NCBI GenBank assembly: GCA_964357605.1
Contig: CAYHLX010000004.1
Span: forward strand, 1,081 to 65,080
Reading direction: 5' to 3'
From: an uncultured Candidatus Saccharibacteria bacterium
GTDB lineage: Bacteria; Patescibacteriota; Minisyncoccia; Phycocordibacterales; PALSA-1337
DNA length: 64,000 nt
Below the pieces are notes generated by a model. That model ran no database searches. It saw only the letters and a list, made by a program, of their open reading frames with translations, and had not been told where the DNA came from. How positions within the stretch are numbered: position 1 is the stretch's first letter; the number at the start of each line of letters is the position of its first letter. Below are positions 18,452-27,574 of the stretch, piece by piece. A program made the translations under genes and the position numbers.

Positions 18452-18955
18452 ATGGATCCACGCCAAGAAAATCGTTTTATAAATACAAAAGTTATTCGAC
18501 GAGAAGACCAGCGAGTTGTTATGGAAGAAATCCAGAAACAAGGTCATTGTCCTTTTTGTCGGGAAAATCTAGAAAAATATCACAAAAAACCTATCCTCAA
18601 GGAAGGAAAATTCTGGCTCCTGACCGACAATCAATGGCCGTATGAAAAAGTGAAATACCAGATGCTAGCTATCTACAAAGAACATGTAGAACATCTCAAA
18701 GATCTAGACCCCGAGGCAGGCAAAGAGCTTTTTGAAATATTTGCGGAAGCGACTAAAGAAAGAAATATTGAGGGGGGAGGCATCGCCATGCGTTTTGGAT
18801 CTTCTATTCATGGAAATTATGGTTCAAGCGTACTTCATATTCACGCTCATCTGGTAGAACCAAACCTGGAGGCACTGGAAGAAACGGAGGCCTGGAGATT
18901 TAAGTTTGGTCAACCAAAAAACTATAGAAAGGACGAAAAAAACAAATATAGTTGA
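18452..18955 (+). CDS. HIT-like (histidine triad) protein with an N-terminal CPFC motif
   Basis: GHCPFC ... GGIAMRFGS ... VLHIHAHLV (HxHxH). Confidence 0.55.
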   Translation: MDPRQENRFINTKVIRREDQRVVMEEIQKQGHCPFCRENLEKYHKKPILKEGKFWLLTDNQWPYEKVKYQMLAIYKEHVEHLKDLDPEAGKELFEIFAEATKERNIEGGGIAMRFGSSIHGNYGSSVLHIHAHLVEPNLEALEETEAWRFKFGQPKNYRKDEKNKYS

Positions 18956-19019
18956 CTTTCTTTCTCTGATAAGTAGAGTTACAGAGAAACCGTAGTAAAC
19001 TCAGCAACCAGTTCTTCTT

Positions 19020-19592
19020 ATGATAGAGATTCCAACGATTGATGGCCTCAGTCGAGACCAAGTCCTAACGCTCATGAACTGCCGTTCTTACAAGCAGTAC
19101 TTGAGCATGATCAGTGATTACGAAGCGGGCCGATGCCCGTTTTGCGACCCACTCGATGAAAAAAACAAGGTTCTACACAGCGCCCTTGGTTGGAGGGTTT
19201 GGGAAAATCCCTACTCCCTCACGCACACTTCCCTCCACCTCATCATGGCGCCACAACAACACACGACATCGATAGAAGACATCTCACCATCCGATTTTGA
19301 AGCGATGGGAAGGATCTTCAAATGGGTACGATACCAATTCAACCTGCAGGGAGGAGCATTCGCCATGCGATTCGGCTCCCCGCAATTCAATGCTGGCAGT
19401 GTCCTACATCTCCACGCCAACATCATCGTTCCGGACCACTCTGGCGCCGTCCAAATCACCCTCGCCAAAGATACGGCAAAGGTTGAGGAGACCATTGCCC
19501 GGATGAAGGTTTTCGAGAAACTCCGTGGGAATACCGCCCCTGTTGGCCTTTCCGACAAAGAAGCGGCCCTAATCGAAGGTCGACTGACTTAA
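19020..19592 (+). CDS. HIT-like paralog of the preceding gene. GC-rich (about 50%).
   Basis: GRCPFC ... GGAFAMRFGS ... VLHLHANIIV. Same architecture as 18452..18955. Followed by a GC hairpin terminator at about 19615-19650. Confidence 0.55.
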   Translation: MIEIPTIDGLSRDQVLTLMNCRSYKQYLSMISDYEAGRCPFCDPLDEKNKVLHSALGWRVWENPYSLTHTSLHLIMAPQQHTTSIEDISPSDFEAMGRIFKWVRYQFNLQGGAFAMRFGSPQFNAGSVLHLHANIIVPDHSGAVQITLAKDTAKVEETIARMKVFEKLRGNTAPVGLSDKEAALIEGRLT

Positions 19593-19643
19593 CCGTCTTC
19601 GTCAGATTCAACCGAGCGCAGTCATCATGGCTGCGCTTGTTTT

Positions 19644-20501
19644 CTATTTAACAAAAATAATTTCCACTCCCTGGCTTTTAAGTATTCTTTCTGCATCAAG
19701 AACTCGATACCCTGTTCGATAGTACAATTTGATAATCCCCGAATACGCCAACTGTTTTGCACATGGTGGACAGGGAAATGTTTCTGCATAAATTTCCGCT
19801 CCTTTAAGTGAAATCCCCTCTCTAGCCGCCCAGGCCACACAACTCGCCTCAGCATGAAAAGCCAAGGATGACTCCAGATGAACACCGCTTTTAAAATTCC
19901 CTCGTGGATCCCCTTCTGCATTTGCAATCTGATCAGAAGGAACGTAGACATTGTGCTCTTTGTGAATAATTTTTCCATCTTTCATGAGGATGACTCCAAT
20001 TCTGCGCCACCAATCTTTTGATTTCTTAGCTTCTTCTTTACAAAGAGCAATCATTTTTTTATCAAATTCATTTGTAGTAACTTTACCGTGAGGATTTATG
20101 GGAGCCTCAATAATAGAAGTTTTCTTGTCCCAGCGTAGGAAAATGGTGTCTTTTTCTATAGGATTTTTTGAAAAGTATTTTGAAATCAGTTCTTGAGTCA
20201 AATCATCATCAGAAACAACCAAGGGTGTTTTATCTTTTGAGAGATCTTTAATTTTCTCTGGAGTAAGAATTTCAACCGTCTCAAATATCTCCCAAGCTTC
20301 AATCGCCTTTTTGACCAAAATAGGTGAGATGCGTCGAATATCTCTATCGAGATGAGCAAATTCTCCAATTACATCATCCCCAAAAATATAGAGGGTGCGG
20401 GCATCGAGATGATTTTTGAAAAGCTGATAGTAGCCTTCGTGCAGTACAGGTACGTAGGCGACGACAGCTTTGTTAGATTTATTTTTCATTTTTCGCACCA
20501 T
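19644..20501 (-). CDS. dCMP/cytidine deaminase-family protein with an uncharacterised ~130-aa N-terminal extension
   Basis: Zinc motifs HAEASCVAWA ... PCPPCAKQL in the C-terminal half. The N-terminal half has no recognisable motif. Confidence 0.7.
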   Translation of the reverse strand: MVRKMKNKSNKAVVAYVPVLHEGYYQLFKNHLDARTLYIFGDDVIGEFAHLDRDIRRISPILVKKAIEAWEIFETVEILTPEKIKDLSKDKTPLVVSDDDLTQELISKYFSKNPIEKDTIFLRWDKKTSIIEAPINPHGKVTTNEFDKKMIALCKEEAKKSKDWWRRIGVILMKDGKIIHKEHNVYVPSDQIANAEGDPRGNFKSGVHLESSLAFHAEASCVAWAAREGISLKGAEIYAETFPCPPCAKQLAYSGIIKLYYRTGYRVLDAERILKSQGVEIIFVK

Positions 20502-21096
20502 TCAAAACGTCTTGGATTGTTTTTAGAAGTTTAGGGGTCAGAGCTTGTTCAAGTTTCTTGGCGTGACCGATCTGTAACAATCTAATCTTAGCACTGGTAG
20601 ATGTTGTAGCTTGAGGCTCTAGAACCACTACCTCCTTACAGTATTTTTTCAGTTCCTTAATCTCCATTTTGCTATATGTCTTCCTAGTAGCAATCAAAAC
20701 ATCCGGTCTCACTAATTTTATAAGATGCCAACGTGGTGCTCTGAGTTTTTTCAAGTAAACAACATCAACTGATCTTAAATGGACAACCATTTCTAGTCTT
20801 TCTTCTTCAGGAACAACTGGTCTTTCTGGACCTTTTCTAGCTCTGACTTTTTCATCAGAATCCACACCTACCACTAGCAAATCCCCATGTTTCTTGGCCA
20901 TTTCAAAATAACGAGCATGACCCACATGAACCATATCATAAGTACCTTGAGTGAGTACTATCTTTAAACCCAAACCTTTACAATTTTCTACAAACTTTTT
21001 GACTTTTTCATCATCTTTTATAAATCTTTCCTTGAAGTTTGAACCAGCTCCAAATATTCCTATGCCGATATGAGTATTAAAATTTAATTCTTTCAT
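20479..21096 (-). CDS. Cytidylyltransferase-like nucleotidyltransferase (RfaE domain II / PPAT-like fold)
   Basis: GTYDMVHVGHARYFEMAKKHGDLLVVGVDSDEKV (the [TH]xGH NTase motif). An alternative upstream start exists at 21159. Confidence 0.6.
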   Translation of the reverse strand: MKELNFNTHIGIGIFGAGSNFKERFIKDDEKVKKFVENCKGLGLKIVLTQGTYDMVHVGHARYFEMAKKHGDLLVVGVDSDEKVRARKGPERPVVPEEERLEMVVHLRSVDVVYLKKLRAPRWHLIKLVRPDVLIATRKTYSKMEIKELKKYCKEVVVLEPQATTSTSAKIRLLQIGHAKKLEQALTPKLLKTIQDVLNGAKNEK

Positions 21097-21176
21097 ATAA
21101 TTTCTCTTTAATCTGTATCTGAAGTATAATCCTAATAAAGAAATTGTCATAGATGACAACTTCTTAAATCTAATTT

Positions 21177-21701
21177 ATGATTAAATGCTTTATCATCGCT
21201 GCGGTTTCAGCTGACGGCTTCATCGCCAAAGACGCCAAACACGCTTCTATCGAATGGACCAGTAAGGCCGACAAAAAACGCTTTGTAGAGCTTACCAAGC
21301 GCGCCGGTGTCGTGGTGATGGGAGGTGCAACCTATAGAACCATTGGCCGACCCCTTCCCAACCGAAAAACTATTGTATATTCACGTACAGGTCAATTTGA
21401 AGGATCAGAAGTCACCCAGAAGCCTCCCCTAGAGCTCTTAACCGAACTCGAAGCTCTCGGCCACAAAGAAGTCGCCATCTGTGGAGGCGCTCAGATCTAT
21501 ACCCTGTTCATGCAAGCCGGAGTCGTCGATGAAATCTATCTCACCCTTGAACCAATTATGTTTGGAAAAGGAATAAATCTTTTCAATGAAGATCTCAAAT
21601 ATCACCTCAAACTCATCGAGGCGCAAACGTCAGAAGAAACAGGAACACTGCTTCTACACTACAAAGTAGACTACGTAGGAAATATAAAAAGGAAGGACTA
21701 G
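21177..21701 (+). CDS. folA: Dihydrofolate reductase
   Basis: [14 protein letters not shown] ... [26 protein letters not shown]. Confidence 0.8.
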   Translation: MIKCFIIAAVSADGFIAKDAKHASIEWTSKADKKRFVELTKRAGVVVMGGATYRTIGRPLPNRKTIVYSRTGQFEGSEVTQKPPLELLTELEALGHKEVAICGGAQIYTLFMQAGVVDEIYLTLEPIMFGKGINLFNEDLKYHLKLIEAQTSEETGTLLLHYKVDYVGNIKRKD

Positions 21702-22123
21702 TTTTTAACATCAATCCCCAGCGACCTACATGAACCCTCAATAATCTTCATCGCGGCATTTACATCTCCAGCATTTAGATCTGGCATTTTCTTTTCCGCA
21801 ATAGCTTTGACCTGAGCGCGAGTGATGGTTCCAGCTTTCTTTACCGCATGTTTACCTGATCCCTTCTCTACACCGGCTGCTTTTAAAATAAGTGAACTAG
21901 CGGGAGGAGTTTTGAGTACAAAACTATATGTTCTATCTTCATAAACAGTAATCACAACAGGAACAATGTCTCCCATCATGTTCTTGGTCGCATCGTTAAA
22001 TTTCTTGGTAAAATCACCGATGTTAACCCCAGCCTGACCAAGAGTTGGACCAAGTGGAGGAGCTGGTGTTGCCTTTCCTGCTGGAGCACTGACTTTTACT
22101 TTTTTGATTATCTTTTTAGCCAT
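21698..22123 (-). CDS. rplK: 50S ribosomal protein L11
   Basis: [14 protein letters not shown] motif. Confidence 0.9.
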   Translation of the reverse strand: MAKKIIKKVKVSAPAGKATPAPPLGPTLGQAGVNIGDFTKKFNDATKNMMGDIVPVVITVYEDRTYSFVLKTPPASSLILKAAGVEKGSGKHAVKKAGTITRAQVKAIAEKKMPDLNAGDVNAAMKIIEGSCRSLGIDVKN

Positions 22124-22149
22124 AAAATGTTTAGTGGATGTAGATTACC

Positions 22150-22695
22150 TTATATCTTCTTAACTTGCAAGAAATCTAGCTCAACCGGAGTTTCTCGTCC
22201 AAACATAGAAACTAGAACCTTGATTTTTCCTCGATTATCGTCAACTTCACTCACCTTCCCTTCTAGATCCTTGAAAGGACCGTCCACAATCTTCACCATC
22301 TCATCGATCGCGAGATCTATTGTGTGTTTAACCTCTCCCTTGTTCATTCGAGCAAAAAGAGCGTCAACTTCCTTTGTCTCAAGAGGAACTGGATAGACTC
22401 CAGAACCCACGAAGCCGGTCACTCGAGGAGTATTGCGAACCACAAACCAAGAATCGTCGGAAACGATCATATCTACCAACACGTATCCTGGGTAGATTTT
22501 TTCCTCTTCCTCTACTCTCTTTCCTCCCTTAATCTTGATTTTCTTTTCTGTCGGCACAAGCACGTTAAAAATTCTCTCTTCCATTCCAAGAGATTCAATT
22601 CTCTGTTTTAGATTTCTAGCTACGGCATTTTCATAACCAGCATAGGTATGAATCGCGTACCAATTTCTTTGTCCACCAACTTGCTGTTTGCTCAT
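22150..22695 (-). CDS. nusG: Transcription antitermination factor NusG
   Basis: NGN domain (WYAIHTYAGYE) plus a C-terminal KOW. Confidence 0.9.
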   Translation of the reverse strand: MSKQQVGGQRNWYAIHTYAGYENAVARNLKQRIESLGMEERIFNVLVPTEKKIKIKGGKRVEEEEKIYPGYVLVDMIVSDDSWFVVRNTPRVTGFVGSGVYPVPLETKEVDALFARMNKGEVKHTIDLAIDEMVKIVDGPFKDLEGKVSEVDDNRGKIKVLVSMFGRETPVELDFLQVKKI

Positions 22696-22714
22696 ACGAA
22701 TTTATTTAAAATTA

Positions 22715-22891
22715 TTAAACCAAAAGAGTTAGAAGTCTGGAGAAGATATAGTCAAAGAAAGACAAGAAAAGTGCTGTTACAATAGACACTACAATAACCG
22801 CGATCGCATAGCTTATCGCTTGTTTTCTACTTGGCCAACTTACATGGGCCATTTCTGCTCGTGTTTCTTTTACATATTCAGCTATTTTCAT
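22715..22891 (-). CDS. secE: Preprotein translocase subunit SecE (58 aa, below the ORF-track cutoff)
   Basis: My translation: MKIAEYVKETRAEMAHVSWPSRKQAISYAIAVIVVSIVTALFLSFFDYIFSRLLTLLV. It lies immediately upstream of nusG. Confidence 0.7.
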   Translation of the reverse strand: MKIAEYVKETRAEMAHVSWPSRKQAISYAIAVIVVSIVTALFLSFFDYIFSRLLTLLV

Positions 22892-22994
22892 ATCTTTTTA
22901 TCTTTAATATAACCTTCCTCTAGTAAAAAACCCCTCCCTGGGGTGATAGGGATATACTACTCTTTTGGGGCTTTTTAGTCAATCTTCGAGACAA

Positions 22995-23795
22995 CTATCT
23001 GATCTCGTAAGTGATCGTAACTATAGATGTAACCTTCTGCTCTCCAGTAGGAATTGAGGGAGCCGCTTGTGGAGCCACAGCCGATCTCACCATCATATCT
23101 CCACCCATTCCTTTTTCTGCGTAGCCATAATATGGCTGATTGTCACTGGAATCATAAAAACTAGTAATCTTGACCAAACGAACTCCGAGTTGCTTTGAGA
23201 GCACTTTGGCTTTAGCTTGAGCATCATCTATCGCCGTTGTTCTGGCCTTAGCTTTGACTGTCTCTATATCATCGATAGAAAAAGTCAGACCATTGACATT
23301 TTGCACACCGAGAGAGCCGACCGTTTCAAAAAGGGCTCCGGCCTTATCTATGTCTCTCACTTTAACCTCTATCGTCTGGCTCACTTCGTAGCCAGTCAGA
23401 ACTTGTTTACCAGATCGACAAACACTGTTTGCGGTACAAAGTGTTTGCACATACTCGTATTTTGGATTGATATTGTAAGCAAGGGTCTTTATATCCTTCT
23501 TTTCAATTTTATTATCTTCAAGAGCTTTGAGGGCGGCGTTGGTCTTATTTGTGGCTTTTGTCTGAGCTTCACCTACAGTCTTGGCTTCTTCTGTAATGCT
23601 AAATGAGAAAGTGGCGATATCTGGAATAATAACCTCTTCTCCTTTTCCAGTGACACTAATCGCATTCATAATCGGTACGTCCTTGCCAACATAGCCAATT
23701 TCTCTGATGCCTTTTATAGAAATGATGGCCAAAAACACGGCCAAAAGCACTCCAACCCAAACCCCAACTTTCCACACTTTTTCTTGATAATTCAT
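22995..23795 (-). CDS. SIMPL/DUF541-family periplasmic protein (YggE-like)
   Basis: Signal anchor followed by ISVTGKGEEVIIPDIATFSF...GYEVSQTIEVKVRD pattern. Confidence 0.65.
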   Translation of the reverse strand: MNYQEKVWKVGVWVGVLLAVFLAIISIKGIREIGYVGKDVPIMNAISVTGKGEEVIIPDIATFSFSITEEAKTVGEAQTKATNKTNAALKALEDNKIEKKDIKTLAYNINPKYEYVQTLCTANSVCRSGKQVLTGYEVSQTIEVKVRDIDKAGALFETVGSLGVQNVNGLTFSIDDIETVKAKARTTAIDDAQAKAKVLSKQLGVRLVKITSFYDSSDNQPYYGYAEKGMGGDMMVRSAVAPQAAPSIPTGEQKVTSIVTITYEIR

Positions 23796-23811
23796 AATTT
23801 TATATTATTTA

Positions 23812-24651
23812 TTAATTTTTTCCATTATAACATGCGTCTACAAGGTTTTCAAAAAGAGCCAAAACCGTCATCTGTCCAACTCCTCCAGGAACGGGAGTGA
23901 GGCTGCCAACAATACTTTTCGCCTCTTCAAAATTTACATCTCCTGATAATTTTCCATTTGATAATCTCGTAATACCAACGTCTATCACAACTTGTCCCTT
24001 ACTCACAAAGGTTTTGCCAATAAAACTTGGCTTACCGATAGCCACAATCAAGACATCAGCTTTTTTAGTCTCATTCTCTAGACCGACCGTCTTGCTATGA
24101 CAAATAGTTACGGTCGCATTCTGATTAAGACACATTAACGCTGTAGGCTTCCCTACCAATGAAGACCTTCCGACTATTGTCACTTTTTTACCAAAAAGAT
24201 CTATAGAATAGTGCTCAAGTAATTCTTTAATACCTCTCGTGGTTGCGGGCATAAAGGCATTCTCGTGTCCATTCATCCACCTCTTCACATTATAAGACGT
24301 CAGTCCGTCAATATCCTTACTGGGCAAGATCGCATCAATGACTTCGTCTGAATCTATATGTATAGGCAATGGAAGTTGTAAAATGATGCCTTGGACCTCT
24401 TTATCTCCATTATATTTCTGGATAACAGAAATTATTTCTTTTCCAGTTACTTTTTCTTCTAGCTGGATATGTATTTCTTTGACTCCCAGTTTTTTGGCAA
24501 AAGCTTTCTTGGCAGCAATGAAAGCTGTGGAATCTTCTCTGTTACCGATTTGAATAATCACAAAACCCGGCACAAAGGATAATGCTTTCAATCTTTCCAC
24601 CAAAACAGGAGTCCTCTCCTCTCTAACTTTTTTACCATCTAGAAGTTGCAT
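23812..24651 (-). CDS. folD: Bifunctional methylene-THF dehydrogenase / methenyl-THF cyclohydrolase
   Basis: N-terminal LLDGK and the conserved central and C-terminal FolD blocks. Confidence 0.9.
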   Translation of the reverse strand: MQLLDGKKVREERTPVLVERLKALSFVPGFVIIQIGNREDSTAFIAAKKAFAKKLGVKEIHIQLEEKVTGKEIISVIQKYNGDKEVQGIILQLPLPIHIDSDEVIDAILPSKDIDGLTSYNVKRWMNGHENAFMPATTRGIKELLEHYSIDLFGKKVTIVGRSSLVGKPTALMCLNQNATVTICHSKTVGLENETKKADVLIVAIGKPSFIGKTFVSKGQVVIDVGITRLSNGKLSGDVNFEEAKSIVGSLTPVPGGVGQMTVLALFENLVDACYNGKN

Positions 24652-24661
24652 GAAACCTACA

Positions 24662-25324
24662 TTACCACGATTTCTTGGGAATTTCTATAGAAACGGTCTT
24701 TTTCCCACTACTTCCTTCTATCCTTGTAGCTGGCTCAAAAGAAATTGAGGTGGCGGTGAGCATCACTCGCTGATCTGGTAATTTTACCTTTGAACCGTAC
24801 TTGGTATCACCAACTATCGGATGTCCGATATGTGACAATTGGGCTCGTATCTGGTGATGTCGACCGGTTTTTAGAATTATTTTTAAAAGAGAAAATCCCC
24901 CTTCGCTTTGTACGACCTCATATGAGAGTTCAGCCAAATCTGCATTTTTCTTTTCTTGTTCTTTGATTGTTGAGACATTTTTTACTTCGTCGTGATAGAG
25001 ATAGTGAACTAAGGTATCTTTGCTTTTTCTAGGTATTCCTTCCACCCACGCATGGTAAATCTTTTGGACGGTATGCAATCTGAATTGTTCAGATATTCGT
25101 GAGGCTCCTTTTGACGTCTTGGCAAAAATCACGACCCCATCTACATTCCTATCCAGTCTATGAACTAATCCCAGGAAAACATTACCTGGTTTTTTGTAGG
25201 TATTTTTGAGATATTCTTTGACTTCATCCATAAATGAGGCTACTCCACTCTTGTCCCCTTGAATGAGAACTCCGGCTGGTTTGTAGACTCCGATTAGGTG
25301 ATTATCTTCATAAAGCACTTTCAT
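24662..25324 (-). CDS. RluA-family pseudouridine synthase
   Basis: HRLDRNVDGVVIFAKT catalytic Asp motif. Confidence 0.8.
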   Translation of the reverse strand: MKVLYEDNHLIGVYKPAGVLIQGDKSGVASFMDEVKEYLKNTYKKPGNVFLGLVHRLDRNVDGVVIFAKTSKGASRISEQFRLHTVQKIYHAWVEGIPRKSKDTLVHYLYHDEVKNVSTIKEQEKKNADLAELSYEVVQSEGGFSLLKIILKTGRHHQIRAQLSHIGHPIVGDTKYGSKVKLPDQRVMLTATSISFEPATRIEGSSGKKTVSIEIPKKSW

Positions 25325-25405
25325 AGAGGCTATACTAGCACAGAAGAGCGAAGATATTCACATATTTTATTGCTCAGAGTTTCATTAGAGACTATAATAT
25401 CTGCT

Positions 25406-25708
25406 ATGGACGGTATCTTGCCAAATTTTCCACAGGAACAAAAACACTCTCATTTTGTAGTCATTCTTTCAATCTTTGTAGTGATTGTTCTGGCTTTTCT
25501 CGCCTACGTGATTTATATGTATCGTTCTACTCCCTCTTTTGTGGTAGAGCAAGAGATTCCTCTGATTCAGCAAAGAGTGACGCTCACCCCTGAGCAAGCG
25601 ATAGAAAAACAGAGGATTATAGAGGGTACGGATGATTCGAGGGTGACGTTAACAAAGAAAGAGGCAGAGATCAAAAAATTACAAATTAAGCAAGCTAGTG
25701 AAATTTAA
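25406..25708 (+). CDS. Hypothetical small membrane protein
   Basis: One TM helix followed by a charged C-terminus. Start taken at the internal Met. Confidence 0.35.
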   Translation: MDGILPNFPQEQKHSHFVVILSIFVVIVLAFLAYVIYMYRSTPSFVVEQEIPLIQQRVTLTPEQAIEKQRIIEGTDDSRVTLTKKEAEIKKLQIKQASEI

Positions 25709-25716
25709 ATAAAAAT

Positions 25717-26628
25717 ATGAAAAAATCAATAAAACAATACGTAGTCGCGGTAGTCCTTGGTTTAGGTATAGTTCTGGGTGTTGGTTCTCTACAAGCCCAG
25801 TGGACTGCTCCTAGTGCCACTCCTCCAGATGGAAATGTCCCCGCTCCTTTGAATACTGGGAATAGCAGTCAGAGCAAACTTGGACAATTAATCGTCAATA
25901 CTAATACTACTTCCAACGGCCCTGGTCCTTTTGCTGTTGGTCTTTCTGTTTTTGGTAAGACTATTTTAAATGGCGGAGTCCAGATCCCTGCTGGCGCGGG
26001 AGATAACAAGGTTTTGACAAGTGATGCTAGTGGAAATGGAACGTGGCAGGATGCAACGGGGGGTGTAGGTGGTGGCAGTGGAACTTGGGGGAGAATATAT
26101 ACCTATCGCACTGCTATTGATTTCAATAATGGAGTTTCTGATTGGATAACAATCAGTCTACCAAATGGAGATACAATGACCGCAGCATCTCTACGTTATG
26201 GCGGTAGAGATAATTACTTATATGATACTCCAACCCAACTTAGTTCATTTGACGATGCACAATCATACATTGAAATTAATACTGCAGAATCTAAATTAAG
26301 AGTACATTTGCTGAATACTGATCACGTCACTCCGAATACCACATATGATTCAGGTACGTATTTTAATTATGTATATCTAAATATTTACACCGGTAGTCCT
26401 GGGGGCAGTAGTGGAACTCCAACTGGTACAATCAGAGGATATGGCACTGGAGCTTACGCATACTCAACTCAAGCCAACACCTCTTGCACAGCAGTTTCTG
26501 CACCATTTTCATGTTCTGGCGTTTCTCCAGTATGTGAGTCCGGTTGGAGTGTGATCTCTGCTGGAAATCAATATGGAAGCTGTGCAGGATCCACTTGTTC
26601 CAAAATCTACATGTGCGTCAAAAACTAG
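25717..26628 (+). CDS. Hypothetical secreted protein, Gly/Thr-rich with a Cys-rich C-terminus
   Basis: Signal peptide MKKSIKQYVVAVVLGLGIVLGVGSLQA and 9 Cys in the last 60 aa. Confidence 0.45.
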   Translation: MKKSIKQYVVAVVLGLGIVLGVGSLQAQWTAPSATPPDGNVPAPLNTGNSSQSKLGQLIVNTNTTSNGPGPFAVGLSVFGKTILNGGVQIPAGAGDNKVLTSDASGNGTWQDATGGVGGGSGTWGRIYTYRTAIDFNNGVSDWITISLPNGDTMTAASLRYGGRDNYLYDTPTQLSSFDDAQSYIEINTAESKLRVHLLNTDHVTPNTTYDSGTYFNYVYLNIYTGSPGGSSGTPTGTIRGYGTGAYAYSTQANTSCTAVSAPFSCSGVSPVCESGWSVISAGNQYGSCAGSTCSKIYMCVKN

Positions 26629-26636
26629 CTGCACCC

Positions 26637-26685
26637 CTCCACCTCGCAAAGATTCCGCACGGTAAAAGCCGGGCGGTTTCTTTTT
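26637..26685. repeat. 49-bp direct repeat, copy 1 (terminator-like hairpin inside)
   Basis: ctccacctcgcaaagattccgcacggtaaaagccgggcggtttcttttt is identical to 27578..27626. Confidence 0.9.
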
Positions 26686-26726
26686 TCCCACTGGAAAAGA
26701 TAGAAAGCTTATGGTATAATACACCT

Positions 26727-26915
26727 ATGAAAAACTGGTCAACTGACACGAGAGAGCTAGAAAAAAACCATCAGCAGCTCGAGATATGGAAACTCGAACA
26801 ACTTATTAACTTTGGTCTAGACGGAAAAAAACTTAACAAAGAAACCCTAAAAAAGTATTGGGCTTCCCTCTCTCTAGATCCTTATAAAAAAAAGTTCTTA
26901 TCTCTTTTTCTTTAA
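26727..26915 (+). CDS. Small ORF (62 aa) translationally coupled to the AbiEii-like gene; possible cognate antitoxin
   Basis: TATAAT at 26715-26720. Its stop overlaps the next start (TAATG). Confidence 0.3.
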   Translation: MKNWSTDTRELEKNHQQLEIWKLEQLINFGLDGKKLNKETLKKYWASLSLDPYKKKFLSLFL

Positions 26916-27574
26916 TGAGTTCCATACTTTCAGAAAATCAGAAAAATTTGATCTCACTCATTGGAAAAGAATCTTCTCTGTGTAACGCTTTTTATTTAGG
27001 AGGAGGCACTGCACTCGCAGAATTTTATCTCCATCATAGATTATCTGAAGATCTTGATTTCTTTTCTGAGAATGAATTTGATCCTATGAGTATTACTGTC
27101 TTCTTCAAAAAAATCGAGAGAGAAGCGGGAATATTAAGAACTGAATATGAGCAGAGCTTTAACCGCAATCTTTTTTTTCTTGAACTCAAGAATGACAGAA
27201 TTAAGACTGAATTTACATATTTTCCCTTCCAGAGAGTTGAGAAAGACAATTATTTTAAAAATATCCAAATAGATAGTCTTCTAGATATAGCTATCAATAA
27301 AGTCTTTACCATTTATCAAAAACCTCGTTCGAGAGACTTCATCGATCTTTACTGTATATTACAAAAGGAAAAAGATTGGACTCTCGAAGAACTTGGAAAA
27401 AAAGCTCAGATCAAGTTCGACACGTATCTTGATCCGATCCAACTTGGCTCCCAACTTGTTAAGGTAACAGAATTAAAAGATTATCCACGAATGATCATTG
27501 AACTTAAGGAGAAAGACTGGCAAGATTTCTTTTTACATGAAGCAAGTAAATTGGAGAAAAGAATTCTGAGTTAA
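26915..27574 (+). CDS. AbiEii/AbiGii-family nucleotidyltransferase (type IV TA toxin / abortive-infection family)
   Basis: Motif LGGGTALAEFYLHHRLSEDLDFF. Confidence 0.75.
   Translation: MSSILSENQKNLISLIGKESSLCNAFYLGGGTALAEFYLHHRLSEDLDFFSENEFDPMSITVFFKKIEREAGILRTEYEQSFNRNLFFLELKNDRIKTEFTYFPFQRVEKDNYFKNIQIDSLLDIAINKVFTIYQKPRSRDFIDLYCILQKEKDWTLEELGKKAQIKFDTYLDPIQLGSQLVKVTELKDYPRMIIELKEKDWQDFFLHEASKLEKRILS

Noticed and set aside
19211-19558. Minus- and plus-strand ORFs (19211..19558, 19297..19506) overlapping the second HIT-like gene
   Set aside because: They lie entirely inside a GC-rich coding region on other frames and have no motifs. They are a typical artefact of elevated GC.
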